64,000 bases of DNA from Squalus acanthias (lineage: Eukaryota), in NCBI GenBank assembly GCA_030390025.1, contig CM059432.1:125242001-125306000 (forward strand), read 5' to 3'. Position 1 is the stretch's first letter; every line of letters starts with the position of its first letter. A program made the translations under genes and the position numbers. Of this stretch, positions 12,383 to 25,702 are shown one piece after another. The notes under the pieces are model-generated. The model did not search any database, was not told the origin of the DNA, and saw only the letters and a program-made list of their open reading frames with translations.

Positions 12383-12799
12383 GTTGCTGATAGTGATGAA
12401 GAGGAGGAGAATGTCATCAAAAATGCCACTGGGCAAGAAACTATAACTCATCCCAAATCTGGGCAAGTGGATTCTGTAATAAGTAAGGATCCATCAACCA
12501 GACAAGGAGCCTTTGGAAATTCTCATCCACCTCCAGAAAAAGGAGCTAATTTAAAGCCTACAAATGCATATGAATTTGGCCAAGCCTTAAGTGTGTTGCA
12601 GGCCAAGAAGGATCTTCCTGCCTGTGCAGAGCTGCTAAGAAATGTAGAACCGGAGGACCTACCATCCATGATGAGCAATAAACTGGAAGGTGATGTGTTC
12701 ACCATGATTATTCAAGCTTTAAAAGGACACCTTTTAGAAAAGAACCCCAACCTTGTGTATCGGCATCTTGTTCATCTGTGCAAAGCAGAAAGGTTTAAG
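12383..12799 (+). CDS. SPAG1: SPAG1 penultimate coding exon (RPAP3_C / PIH1-associated co-chaperone C-terminal domain)
   Basis: Acceptor ttttatcttctaaAG at 12381-12382, donor GTatgt at 12800; 417 nt, phase 0-0. Translation VADSDEEEE...KPTNAYEFGQALSVLQAKKDLPACAELL...LPSMMSNKLEGDVF...HLCKAERFK resembles the vertebrate SPAG1 C-terminus. Convergent neighbour RNF19A matches the known synteny. Confidence 0.92.
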
Positions 12800-12839
12800 G
12801 TATGTGTTGTTTAAAGTTTAATCACATTATTTAAAGTTG

Positions 12840-15290
12840 CATAGCATTTACAGGCCATTCGACCCAACAGGTCTTTGTTTATGTCCCACACGAGCCTCCT
12901 CTCATACTTCACCTCACCCTATCAACATATCCTTCTTCTATTCCTTTCTCCCTCATGTGGTTATCTAGCTTCCCCTTAAATGCATCTATGCTATTTGCCT
13001 CAACTACTCCGTGTGGTAGCAGGTTCCACATTCTAACCACTCTCTGGGTAAAGAGGTTTCTCCTGAATTCCCTATTGGATTTATTGGTGACTATCTTATA
13101 TTTATGGCCCCAAGTTTTGGACTCCCCACAAGTAGAAACATCTTCTCTACCTCTACCCTATCAAACCCCTTGATAATTTTAAAGACCTCTGTCAGGTCAC
13201 CTTTCAGCCTTCTCTTTTCTAGAGAAAATAACTCCAGCTTGTTCAATCTTTCCTGATAGGTATAACCTCTCAGTTCTGATATCATGATTGCAAATCTTTT
13301 TTGTACCTTCTCCAGTGCTTTTATATCCTTTGTAATATGGAGACCAGAAATGAGCACAATACTCCAAGTATGGTTTAACCAAGGTTCTATATAAGTTTAA
13401 CATAACTTTTCTGCTTTTGAATTCTATTCCTTTAGAAATGAATCCCAGTGCTTTGTTTACATTTTTTATGGTCTTGTTAACCTGCAGTTGCTACTTTTAA
13501 TGATTTATGAATCTGTACCCCTAGATCCCTTTGCTCCTCTGCCCTATTTAGACTCTTATTTTACAAGGAGTAGGTGGCCTCCTTATTCCTCCTACAAAAT
13601 GTACCACCTCACACTTATCTATATTGAGATCATTTGCCAATTACACACCCATTCTGCAAATTTATTGACATCTGCTCATATTTTGTCGCAGTCTTCCTCA
13701 GTATTAACTACACCCCCACTTTGATGTCGTCTGCAAATTCTGATATTGTTCTTCCAATTCTCGAGTCCAAATCATTTATGTAAATGGTGAACAGAAGTGA
13801 TCCCAGCACCGATCCTGTGGAACACCACTTCACTTTCTGCTAATCTGAGTAACTACTCCTACTCTCAGTTTTCTGTTTTGTAGCCAGTTTGCTATCCATT
13901 TTGCTACTTGTCCCCTGACTCCATGTTCTGACCTTGATCATAAGTCTACTTTGCCTTCGCGAAGGCCTTTTGAAAAGCCAAATATATTACATCTACTACA
14001 TTACCCGAGCCTACTCTTTCTGTTACTTTTTCAAAGAATTCAATAAGGTTCGTCAAGCATGACCTTATCTTTTGAAATCTGTGCTGACTATTCTTTATTA
14101 TATTTTTGGTTTCCTGATGTTTTTCTATTACATCTTTGGGTAAAGATTTCATTATCTTTCCCACTACCAATGTTAAGCTAACTTATATATAGTTCCCTGG
14201 ACTTGTTCTATCTCCCTTTTTAAATATAGGAATAATATTAGCTGACCGCCAGTCCTCCGGCACTATTGCCTTTTATATTGTTTTTAGATATATATATATA
14301 TAATATAATAGTGCCTCTGCTATCTCTTCCCTAGCTTCTTTTAGTATGTGCTGATGCAATCCATCTGGACCAGAGGTTTTATCCTCTCTACATTTGACTA
14401 GTTTATCAATTATCTCCCCCATCTAATCTAAATGCCTAGACATCTTTTTTGATCTGTTCTTCGAATGTCATGTCCACCTTGTTAATCTCCCTGGTAAATA
14501 CTAAGGCAAAGTAATTATACAATATTTCTGCCGTTTCACTGTCATTACCTGTGAGTTTATCTTGTGCATCCCTTAGTGGCCCTATCCCTATCCTGATTTT
14601 CCTTTTGTTATTTATGTCTCTGTAGAATACTTCACTTTCTATTTATATTCTTTGATAATTTATTTTTGTAGTTCCTCTTTGCCTTCCTAATTGTTTTTGA
14701 CTTCTTTCCTAATCTTTGTATTCCCTTTTATCACCCTGGCCTTTATTGTCTATGTAGTTAGTGAATGCCTTTTTCTTTAGTTTCAGTTTTGCCCTTATCT
14801 CTTTATTCATCTGTGGTGTTTCATTATTGGATAGTTTGTTCTTGTTTTTAGTGGAATATATTTCCCCTGAACTCTGTTGATCACCTTTTTAAATATTTCC
14901 TACTGCTGTTCTATCTCTTTGTCAATATCTTTATCTTTTTCCAGTTTAGCTTCCCTAGTTCAATTTTCATCCCCTCAAAATTAGATTTTTCCAATCTATT
15001 ACTTTGGTCTTTTGTCTTACTTATGTCTTTCTCAATCATTATCTTAAACCTTATGATGTTGTGATCGCTATTGCCTAGATGTTCCCCAATGCTTACTTCT
15101 CTTGTCTGCTCTGGTTCATTTTCCATTACTAGATCCAGCAGCGATTCCTCTCTTGTTGGGCTTCTTTCTTACTGGGTAAAATATGAGTGTTTTTTATACA
15201 CTGTAAAAACTCCATTCCCTTTTCCCCTTTCACTACCTCTTGTCAGTTTATTTGGGTGTAGTTGAAATCTTGCATGATTATTATTCTATG
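12840..15290 (-). mobile_element. Degenerate AT-rich CR1-clade LINE in the last SPAG1 intron
   Basis: Minus-strand fragments HLGNSDHNIIRF, CLTNLIEFFE, LYRTLVKPYLEYC, FSLEKRRLKGDL; CR1-type 3' end near 12845-12875. Confidence 0.9.
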
Positions 15291-17666
15291 TTTATTTTGC
15301 AAATTGTGTATTTTTAAAAGAAACTGATAACATTGCAAATACTTTTCCAGAGATATTTCTTCAATTTGTATTTTCTATCAAAGTCTGAAGTTTAGAGTTA
15401 TTTTGTAAATATTACAACATCTCCCTGTGGCATTGCTCGTGGGCCAAGGGACAGAGGCCCAGGAGTAAGCAACAGTTAGGGACCAAGCCCATAGCAGAGC
15501 AGGAGGCTTGCCGGTCGAGTGGCAGGTTACGGCTGAGTATTTGCCTCTTTATGTAGTGTGCATCTCTATTTCAGAGCACAATTACCCACTTTACTAAGTT
15601 GCTTAGGTAATTTTAAGGAAGAAAGCTGAAATGCTTGAGGTCACTTGCAAGTCTGCAATAAGAATGTGTTGGTCTTTACAATAATTAGAAGCTTTGAAAA
15701 CAGAGAAATCTGGGCTGAACATGACTATGATTGAAGCTATGGGAGCAGGAAGAGCCTGTTGAGCTTTTTTGAGAAATTAATGGTCTATGAAGAAGGAGGG
15801 GGAGCAATAGACAGGCAAAAAGAGAACCATTATGTGTTAAGTAATCAGGAAAAATAGCTAATAACCCAAGGTTGTAAAGGTTTTTTTGAAGTATATAGAA
15901 TTGAGGTTAAGTAGGTAATTACAGGTGATCCTTACAATTATACACACTGAACCTCAGTTCTCTGATCGACTATGACCTCTATTATTATCATGTATTTTTT
16001 AAGTTCCCCAATTGATCATCAGAAAAATAATTTTGGAAGAGACAAATACAGTAAAGTACACAAATGCTTGAGACCATCATAATGCTAAAAGGAGTTTACC
16101 ATCATGATTAGCTGCATTCTCAGCACCTCCTCCCCATAGACCTGCACTCCACTGCCTATATGTGCCACATGTGACTGAAGGTGCACTCGACATTGATGCT
16201 ACCTGTCAGTGCAGACAGATAAAATGCTCCTTGTACCAAAGGAGGAAAGCGGCTGTGTGCATTACAGCAGAACTGTAGTGTGCTGGTGCTACCATTCCAG
16301 GCTTCAAGTTTAACCTGAATTTTGGAATTCATTTTTTGGGGTTTCATGTAAAAATCAGATGCCTCAAATATAATTGATTTTTTTTTTAATGGGGGCCATG
16401 CTACATATAAAAGATAGATCACACAGGTCAGGCAGATATACCAAAAGTACTAGGCTCAGGGCCCAACCAATACTACTGAGGACAGGAAACTGATTGGGTG
16501 GGGAAAAGATAGGATGTGGCTCAGGGTCTGAAATCCAAATCAGACAACCACAATTGGGTCAGGTGGGTAGGGGGTGGTTACCTAATACCCCAAAAATTTG
16601 GCAGAGCGAAGCTGAAAATTGAGTGGAGAGGAGATTGTGAACTCAGATTGGATGGGAAAGAAGCATATTTTTTTTTAAATGGCGAGCGGCCATTGCAGGA
16701 GACAGAGGTACAGTGGCACCACCTAGTGTTGAGAGGCTTGAAAGGTATTATATTATAGGAGAGGGATGTGTGACAGCCAAGTGTTGGCATATAGACTTAG
16801 AAATTAGCAGCAACAGTGCCCTGCGCTGAAACTGACGCGCAACCAGACCTCGCCAAATTAGTCATATTGCATCGCCGGGATGTAATCGGTGTACTGGGAT
16901 GCCTAGTCATGGCCCAAGAGGCAGTGCACCAGTAGCAAGGAGGAGAAAGATGTCTGGCAGGGACACTGACCTGCAGTAAATCCTGGGGTTGGGGTTTGAA
17001 GGGGACGCGTAGTGACCGGCAGTTGCCCACAGTCCCAACCTGGTGCCTGGAGAACTACTTATGCTTCACATTAGGAGCAAGGTAATGTTTTACTTGCCTT
17101 TTTAGTGGCAGCCTCCAGCAGCCCCGCTAGACCCAAGAAAATTGACCGTAACAAACACATTGCAAGCTGCAGTCAGTTACAATCCAGTTTCCCAAAGGGC
17201 CTGAAACAGGTGTTAGGGAAAGGCAAAGGCAGTGGGCCTAATGTTAGTTTTGGGTGGGCACTCCAGGGCGCACTAACTAGTTTGGCATGCAACGCTGTCC
17301 CTGTGCGGACTGAGCGCACCCATGCTGGACTTTTCAGTGCCCATTTTTCTCCCCAAAAAACTAGCATTGCGCAATCCAATTTCTAGGCCATAGATGTTGA
17401 TACTTAAAGCATGACTGAAAAATTGTGACACAAGGTGCACTGTACACAAGACCATTAATATGAATGTTTGACAATCATATTCAGTCTTAAAACTGAGTCA
17501 ACATTATATACTGACCTATTTCATGAAATGAGATTGCAGAAGATATTGGAACAGTTATTAACAACTTGTGCCTTGTACTTAACATGTCTACAGACTAATT
17601 CAATGTTGGGTGACTTAATTTTATGAGATTAAATGACTAAACTAAATGAATTTTATTTTTGTGCAG

Positions 17667-17795
17667 ATGGTGTCGGTGCTTGTAGGTAAAGAAAGGGAAC
17701 AAGTGCAACAACTCTTTAACAGTCTGTTGCAGATGAAGAGCGATGACTTCACCTCTGAAGATGTACAGAATCTAGCAAGAAACTATGATATATAA
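17667..17795 (+). CDS. SPAG1: SPAG1 last coding exon
   Basis: Acceptor ttttatttttgtgcAG at 17665-17666. Reads MVSVLVGKEREQVQQLFNSLLQMKSDDFTSEDVQNLARNYDI*, in frame after ...ERFK; TAA at 17793-17795. Too short for the ORF track. Confidence 0.88.
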   Translation: MVSVLVGKEREQVQQLFNSLLQMKSDDFTSEDVQNLARNYDI

Positions 17796-18647
17796 TTATT
17801 TGGCAGGAGTCACAAGGATACAATACGTAACTCAGGAGGATTAGAACTATGAAAATTGTATGGCTTGTGCTGTACTTTTTTCAACTTATTTCTTCTTCCC
17901 CATTCTCAATTAGTCTTCCTTGAAACTAACAAACGTATGATGACCTAGAAATTATATAGTTAATCTTGCACTAAAGTACCTTGCCCCTCCCAATCAAAAT
18001 TCATTCACAAGTATCTGTTCCATGAAAGTCCATAGATATAAAACTTGAGCAATGCTTTGTTTTATTTGTTAGCCTGTGATGGTTTACTAAAAGGGGCAGC
18101 AAATCATTTTCAATGTTCTGACATCAGTCCCCAAATATAAACCAGCAAGACCTGTTAATTCCTCATGTTGAACTGGAGTTTAATATGAATTTTTGATGTG
18201 TTCCCCCTGGTAACACGAGGGCAATAAGCATTTACTTTCAGTATGTTATTACTTCAACTCTGTTCTACCTCTTGAAATATCATCTGGTATTTTAGTTTTA
18301 GATGTTTATAAAGCTCCAAGTATCAGAATAGGTAGTAACTTTTTTATACCTCTCAGAAGTGCTTATACTCTGGTTAGTCCTAAATTAGAATGCAGTAGCC
18401 TTTGTTTGTGGATAGCCTGTCCTAACTTATCCCGATGATTGAACAGGAGTTAAGGGTGCCTATTAAGAAACCGTGAACTTTGAATGTAAAATGCAGTTCT
18501 TTAGAATGCAGTAAATTTGTGCGTATGGTTTTACTGCTGTACTATTTAAGATTTTGTTTGTCTGATAAAATTTTATGCACTATAATTCAGTCTCTGTTAA
18601 GGTCAGGGAAATGCAAAAATTGCTTCAGCCTGTTTATGCACTGAAAT

Positions 18648-18653
18648 AATAAA
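18648..18653 (+). terminator. Candidate SPAG1 polyadenylation signal
   Basis: AATAAA ~850 nt after the stop in AT-rich unique sequence, followed by T/GT-rich sequence. No transcript evidence. Confidence 0.4.
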
Positions 18654-19066
18654 CTATACTTGTATTGATTCCTTCTACTTCTGTCCCAGGGAATTTCTGC
18701 TGATAAAAATGGTAATTTTGCAAGATGATGCTTCCAGTACCTTGCTACACAAAATGTATCCTATAGTGTGATGCCGATTGGTGTAACCTGTTGTGGTTAA
18801 AAGAGAGTTCATTTTTTTTTTAAATGTGGTCCTTTAACCATTATAATTCTGTTCATCCACCATTGCTCCTCCTTGTACCCACACTAGCCATTACTTATAA
18901 ACTCATCTACACTGAACATGGAAAATGTAAAAATACTTGGTTTAGGGTGTGTAGCACTTCCTGGTGCTGCAATACAAGTCTATGAGGGCATCACAGTCAT
19001 AGGACACAGAATTGCCCTTTAGCTTCCTACTTGAGCTACTGATCTCTGCCCTGCTCTGAATACAAG

Positions 19067-22000
19067 AATGGTGCACATAGGCAACAACGATATAGGTAAA
19101 AAACGGGATGAGGTCCTAAAAGCAGAATATAGGGAGTTAGGAGGTAAATTAAAAAATAGGACCTCAAAGGTAGTAATCTCAGGATTGCTACCAGTGCCAC
19201 GTGCTAGTCAGAGTAGAAATAGGATATTTCAAATGAATACGTGGCTAGAGGAATGGTGCAAGGGGGAGGGATTCAAATTCCTTGGACATTGGAACCGGTT
19301 CTGGGGGAGGTGGGACCAGTACAAACGGGATGGTCTGCACCTGGGCAGGGCCGGGACCAATGTCCTAGGGGGAGTGTTTGCTAGTGCTGTTGGGGAGGGT
19401 TTAAACTAAAGTGGCAGGGGGTTGGGAACCTGAGCAGGGAGACAGAGGAAAGGGAAACAAGGATAAAAGCAAAAGACAGAAGAAAAACAAAAGTAGAAGG
19501 CAAAGAACTCAACGGTTTAAATCAAACAATTTCACAGTAAATAATAATTCATATAGGTCTGAGAGCGTTAAAAAAAACAAGCCTGAAGGCTTTGTGTCTT
19601 AATGCAAGGAGCATTCAGAACAAGGTGGTTGAATTAGCTGCGCAAATAGAGGTAAATGAATACGATTTGATTGGGATTACAGAAACATGGCTCCAGGGTG
19701 GCCAAGGCTGGGAACTCAACATCCAGGAGTATTCAATATTTAGGAAAGATAGGCAAAAAAGGGAGGTGGGGTAGCATTGCTGGTTAAAGAGGGGATTAAC
19801 ACAATTGAAAGGAAGGATATCAGCTCTGATGATGCGGAATCTGTATGGGTAGAACTGAGAAATAACAAGGGGCAGAAAACATTAGTGGGAGTGGTATATA
19901 GACCTCCAAACAGTAATACGGAGGTTGGGGATGGCATTAAAAGGGAAATTAGAGAAGCATGCAGTAAGGGCACAGCAGTCATCATGGGTGACTTTAATTT
20001 ACCTATAAATTGGGCTAACCAAATTAGTAAAAATACTGTCGAGGAGGAATTCCTAGAATGTTTACAGGATGGTTTTCTGGAACAATATGTCGAGGAACTA
20101 ACCAGAGATCAGGCCATCTTAGACTGGGTATTATGTAACAAGAAAGGATTAATTAGCAATCTTGTTGTACGAGGCCCCTTGGGTCAGAGTGATAATATGA
20201 TAGAATTCTTCATTAGGATGGAGAGTGAAGTAGTTGAATCAGAGACTAGGGTCCTGAATTTAAATAAAGGAAACTACGATGGTATGAGGTGTGAATTGGG
20301 TAGGATTGATTGGGGAATGTCACTCAAAGGGTTGACGGTGGATAGGCAATGGCAAACATTCAAAGACTGCATGGATGAACTACAGAAATTGTTCATCCCA
20401 GTGTGGCATAAGAATAAAACAAAAAGGGTGACTCAACCGTGGCTAACAAGGGAAATTAGGGATAGCATAAGATCCAAAGAGAGGGCATATAAATTGGCCA
20501 GAAAAAGCGGTAACCCTGAGGATTGGGAGCAGTTTAGGATTCAACAAAGGAGGACAAAGGGATTAATTAAGAAGAGGAAAATAGAATGAGAGTAAGCTTG
20601 CAGGGAACATAAAAACTGACTAAGAGCTTTTATAGATATGTGAAGAGAAAAAGATTAGTGAAATCAAGTGTAGGTCCCTTGCAGTCAGAAGCAGGGGAAG
20701 TTATAATGGGGAACAAAGAAATGGCAGACCAATTAAATGCATATTTTGGTTCTATCTTCACAAAGGAAGACACAAATAACCTCCCAGAGATGCTGGAGAA
20801 CATACGGTCTGATGAAAGGGAGGAACTGAAAGAAATCAGTATTTGCAGGGAAATGGTGTTACGGAAATTGACGGGATTGAAGGCTGATAAATCCCCAGGG
20901 CCTGATAATCTACATCCTAGGGTACTTAAGGAAGTGGCCCTAGAAATAGTAGAGGCATTGCTGATCATCTTCCAACATTTGATGGAATCTGGAACTATAC
21001 CCATGGATTGGAGGGTAGCTAATGTTACCCCACTATTCAAAAAGGGTGGTAGAGAAAGTGGGAATTACAGACCGGTAAGCCTGACATCGGTAGTGGGGAA
21101 AATGCTAGAGTCCATTATAAAGGATGTAATAGCTGAGCACTTGAAAAACAGTGACAGTCAACATGGATTTACAAAAGGTAAATAGTGCTTGACTAATCTA
21201 CTGGAATTTTTTGAGGATGTAACTGGGAAAATAGATAAGGGAGAACCAGTAGATGTGGTGTATTTGGATTTCAAAAGGCTTTCGATAAGGTCCCACATAA
21301 GACATTAGCGTGTAAAGTTAAGGCACATGGGATTGGACAAGGTATTGACTTCGATAGAGAACTGGTTGGTGGACAGAAAGCAAAGAGTAGGAATTAATGG
21401 GTCTTTTTCCGAGTGGCAAGCAGTGACTAGCGGGGTACCGCAGGGATTGGTCCTTGGACCCCCCCAGCTATTCACAATATACATTAATGATCTGGATAAG
21501 GGAACTAAATGTAATATCTAAGCTTGCAGATGACACAAAGCTGGGTGGGAGTGTGTGCTGCGAGGAGGATACCGAGAAACTCCAGGATGATTTGGACAGG
21601 TTGGGTGAGTGGGCAGAAGCGTGGCAGATGCAATATAACGTGGATAAATGCGAGGTTATCCACTTTGGTGTCAAAAACAGAAAGGCAGACTATTATCCGA
21701 ATGGCAATAGATTGGGAGAAGGGGAAGTGCAACGAGACCTGGGTGTCCTTGTGCACCAGTCGCTGAAGGTAAGCATGCAGGTGCAGTAGGCGGTGAAGGC
21801 GGCAAATGGTATGTTGGCCTTCATAGCGAAAGGGTTTGAGTATAGGAACAGGGATGTCCTGCTGCAGTTGTGCAGGGCCTTGGTGAGACCACACTTTGAG
21901 TATTGTGTGCAGTTTTGGTCGCCTTATCTGAGGAAGGATGTTCTTGCCATGGAGGGAGTTCAGCGAAGATTCACAAGGCTGATACCTGGGATGGCAGGAA

Positions 22001-22445
22001 TGACATACGAGGAGAGATTGGGCTTATACTCGCTGGAGTATAGAAGAATGAGAGGGGATCTCATCGAAACATATAAAATTCTGACAGGTCTGGACAAACT
22101 AGATACAGGAAGAATGTTCCCGATGGTCGGAGAGTCCATAACCAGGGGTCATAATCTAAGGATAAGGGGTAAGCCATTTCGGACAGAAATGAGGAAGAAT
22201 TTCTTCACCCAGAGAGTGGTGAAACTGTGGAATTCTCTACCACAGAAGGTAGTTGAGGCCAAGTCATTAAATATATTCAAGAATAAGTTAGATATATTTC
22301 TTAAAGCTAAAGGTATCAAGGGATATGGGGAGAAGGAAGGTACAGGGTACCGAGTTTGGATGATCAGCCATGATCTCATCGAATGGCGGAGCAGGCTCGA
22401 GGGGTCGAATGGCTTACTCCTGCTCCTATCTTCTATGTTTCTATG
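19067..22445 (+). mobile_element. CR1-clade LINE copy B (ORF1 SGNH-esterase C-terminus plus disrupted ORF2), same subfamily as copy A
   Basis: ORF1 fragment VHIGNND...DGLHL (19068-19409) is typical of the CR1 esterase domain. APE and RT fragments carry stops and frameshifts; tail TTCTATGTTTCTATG. Confidence 0.95.
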
Positions 22446-23229
22446 GTACTTTGGTACAGGGAGTAAGCAAAATTTGTAAGTGGAGGTAAGCTGTCGCTCA
22501 AGCACAGAGGGAGAAAATAACCAAAAACAAAGAAAATATGGTCTTTTTATCTAATGTAGACAAATAACAATGATTGTGAGCAGTTTGGTCATATAATTGA
22601 ACTGTTCCAGGTAATTTTAGATGAGCAAAAGTAACTTTTAGCTTTGTGTGAATGGAGGAAGAAAAATCCATCCTAAAGAAAAAAGTGGACATCTTGCAAA
22701 ACTACTCACTTTATTCATGCAGTTGCTAACTTCTGGTTGGACTGTTAAGTACCCTAGGTTATTACATTGCCTTAGTTGAAGTTCTAGTTTCCTAGCAGTT
22801 TGCTGTCTACTTCCCATTAAATTAAAAAAAATATTTTGCCAACCTTGTAATGATGAGTCTGGAAAACTACCTCAAAAATGGATAAATTATAAAAAGGAAT
22901 GCTTTCAACACATTCTCAAAGGAAACATGGAGTTGGTTTTAGAAATCCATTAAAAGCAGACCAAATGTGAAACATCTAGATATGTTTGGTTAATTTGAGG
23001 GGGGAAGAGGGGGAGGGGGAGAGAATTACAGGATAAACTTTATTTTTTAATGCTTTCATTTGTGTATTAAAACTGTACTTCACTATCTGTAAACGAGGAG
23101 GAAAAGCTTGAACTTTTTGTTCAAAATACTCTAATTTGAACAGCAGAGACACACTTGCTTGTTTGATGATTTCACAGATGGGAGCATTCCTATGCATTGA
23201 GGAAAAACAGCAGGGGCTACGACTTGAGA

Positions 23230-23870
23230 GCTATACATTTAGTCCCACTTCCCTGCTCTTTCTCTTCCCCGCCCCGCTATTTCTCCTTTTCAAGTGTATA
23301 TCCAATCTCTTCCCCGCCCCGCTATTTCTCCTTTTCAAGTGTATATCCAATCTCTTTTGAAAGTTATTAAATCTGCTTCCACCACCCTTTAGGTAGAGCA
23401 TTCTACATCGTAACAAGATGTCTAATTTCGCCCCTGGATTTTTTTGTCAATTATTTTACCAACCCCCCTGCCAGTGGGAACCCATTCCTCCCCATCTATT
23501 CTATCAAAATCCCTCAATTTGGAACACCTCTATTAAAGTTTCCATTAATCTTTTCTGCTCGGAGAACAATCCCAGTTTCTCCAGTCCCTCCACATAACTG
23601 AAGTCCCTCATACCTGGTACTATTCTAGTAAATCTCTTCTGCACCCTCTCCAAGGCCTTTAAATCCTTGGACACAATACCCAAACCAGTGATTTTTAAAG
23701 GTTTGCCATAACTTCCCTGCTTTTATATTCTTATGCCTCTATTTATTTATAAACCCAAAGATCCCATTTGATTTTTTAGCAGCCTTATTAATTTCACCTG
23801 CCAACTTCAAAGATTTGTGTATGTGAACACCCAGGTCTCTATTCCTGCACCCCCTTTAAAATCGTACCAT
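23230..23870 (-). mobile_element. Old CR1 3' fragment
   Basis: Recognisable CR1 3' ORF2 sequence (ttttctgctcggagaacaatcccagtttctccagt; ttctgcaccctctccaaggcc); contains a 45-bp tandem duplication. Confidence 0.7.
23261..23350 (+). repeat. Perfect 45-bp tandem duplication
   Basis: TCTCTTCCCCGCCCCGCTATTTCTCCTTTTCAAGTGTATATCCAA x2, followed by TCTCTT. Confidence 0.95.
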
Positions 23871-23959
23871 TTAATCAATATGAAGTTGAAAAATTGTAAA
23901 ACTTTGGCAAGCTTTTAGTAAAGACATTGCAAAAGACTGCAGATAATTGCTAACATAAT

Positions 23960-24675
23960 GGCCTGCATTTTGCGGTCAGCAGCGAAGGGATGGCGCTCGC
24001 CGCGGACCTCGAAGAAAGTTGCCCACAAAGATCGAGCAATCGCTGGAGTGTGGATTTCACCTCTCCCGACGTTAATTTGATTTTGACGCCAAGTCTAGGG
24101 GATCTCCAGCTACGGTGATGTCATTAAGCTAGCCAAGCAGCCAATCACATTGAAGAATTCTCTCAGATGGCAAACCAGGAAGTAAAATGCATTGATTATC
24201 CTTCACATTTTAATCATTTTACAGAGAGCAAAATAAAGATTGGGACATACACATGGGATTACGGTAGAAGCTGAAATATCAAACTTTAAAAAATTAAAAA
24301 CCATGGAATTATCATAATGGAAAAATTTGACATTCCACAAATATAAAATTAGTTTTTATGGGGCAGAATGGTGGTTCAGTATGCCATTTAAAAACCCAGT
24401 TACACCTCATTGAACAAGGTTTAACTTTTTCAGGGGGGCTTTAACAGTGATATTACAGCATAAAAGGGGAAGTTCTTGTCAGTTCAGTGATTTCAATTGA
24501 CTGCTGACTGTGGAGAGTTCAACAGCGTGTCCTGTGGAGGAGCAGGGAATGACTGACTGCAACTTTGGGATTTCCGCATTTATATGCGTACTCCAGAAGT
24601 TGCTGTCAGTTTTGCACTTGTAATGACGGCGAATGCTGACAGTTTCGCCGTCATTACAACTGCGAATTCTGAGCC
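23960..24675. mobile_element. Non-autonomous DNA element with GGC...GCC ends, AAT duplication and subterminal hairpins (possibly PIF/Harbinger)
   Basis: AAT|GGCCTGCATTTTGCGGT ... ACTGCGAATTCTGAGCC|AAT; imperfect TIRs; 16-bp perfect hairpin at 24618-24659. Confidence 0.55.
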
Positions 24676-25239
24676 AATGAATTACTAAAAGAAAGGTATA
24701 CTTCCAGAACCGAGATGAAGTGGGAGCCAAGGAAAATTATGTTTACACAATTACTGTGATCCAAGCTAGTGGATTGCCCTCCCCCTTCCAAATTTGGGCA
24801 GTGGATTGTTTGTATATTGAATAACTGAATGATGAAAAAAATGGATGAACTCTGAAAATTTCTAAATTGTTGAGATGAAAAAAACCTGCATGCAACTAAA
24901 TTTGTATTGTGTTGTGAAACGTTGTAAGCAGCACGTGAAACTTTCAATCCTCTTGTTCATTATCTGCAAATTTAACCCACAGAGATATACTGCAGTAGTT
25001 CACTTAACTTCTTTTGAAGATATTCCAAGTCAGGCTTTTCCCTCCTGGTCCTTAATGTATAAAACCTACCAGCTCAGTTCAAGTCTTCAATCCCTCTGCA
25101 GTAACAGCACTGGCTTCAGATCACTTAGATCCCTCAGTTTCTATTGTCGTCTCCATTTGTGACTCTAGTATTTCTACATATAAATTTACCATATTGATAC
25201 TTGCAGAAAATAAGGTATTTTCTGAATCACTAATTTTTA

Positions 25240-25582
25240 TCCTCCCCTTTTGAATGTTTTGGCTCCTTGCTGGAGCACAGTTCAGTGGGCGCTGATTGCC
25301 CTCCAGTACCTCACCCTAATCGCCATTATTGAAGGACAAATGACAACAGGCAATTTGACAGCCAAAGCCAGTTCTTATCCTAATCAAATGCCGAGACACA
25401 TATTTCTACTCGGGGTCACTGGAAAACTATCAAAAGCAGTAACCTTGACCAATTTTCCTCTCTAATCTGGGCAGAGACCAAAAAAAAACACCCCATATTA
25501 CTGCCTTGGCTCAGATAGACAGGGATCGCTTGGCATCTTCCCAGTCTGTATGGCTCAAATGAGTAGCCGAGCCACCGGGGAG
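25240..25582 (-). mobile_element. Old tRNA-derived SINE, same family
   Basis: cagttcagtgggcgctgattgccctccagtacctcacc...ggggtcactgg...actgccttggctcagat...gagccaccggggag. Confidence 0.6.
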
Positions 25583-25696
25583 TTGTACTTTATTGTTTGG
25601 ATTTAAAAAAATGTTAAAACCTTTAGTATTTCAATCAAACCAAACTATTTTGCAGATTATAAAGATACCCACAAAGCATTGATTTTTAAATTGTAT

Positions 25697-25702
25697 TTTA
25701 TT
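25697..25702 (-). terminator. Candidate RNF19A polyadenylation signal (~1.2 kb 3'UTR)
   Basis: TTTATT on + (AATAAA on -) at the end of a repeat-free AT-rich stretch below the stop. A second AATAAA lies at 25589-25594. Confidence 0.5.
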
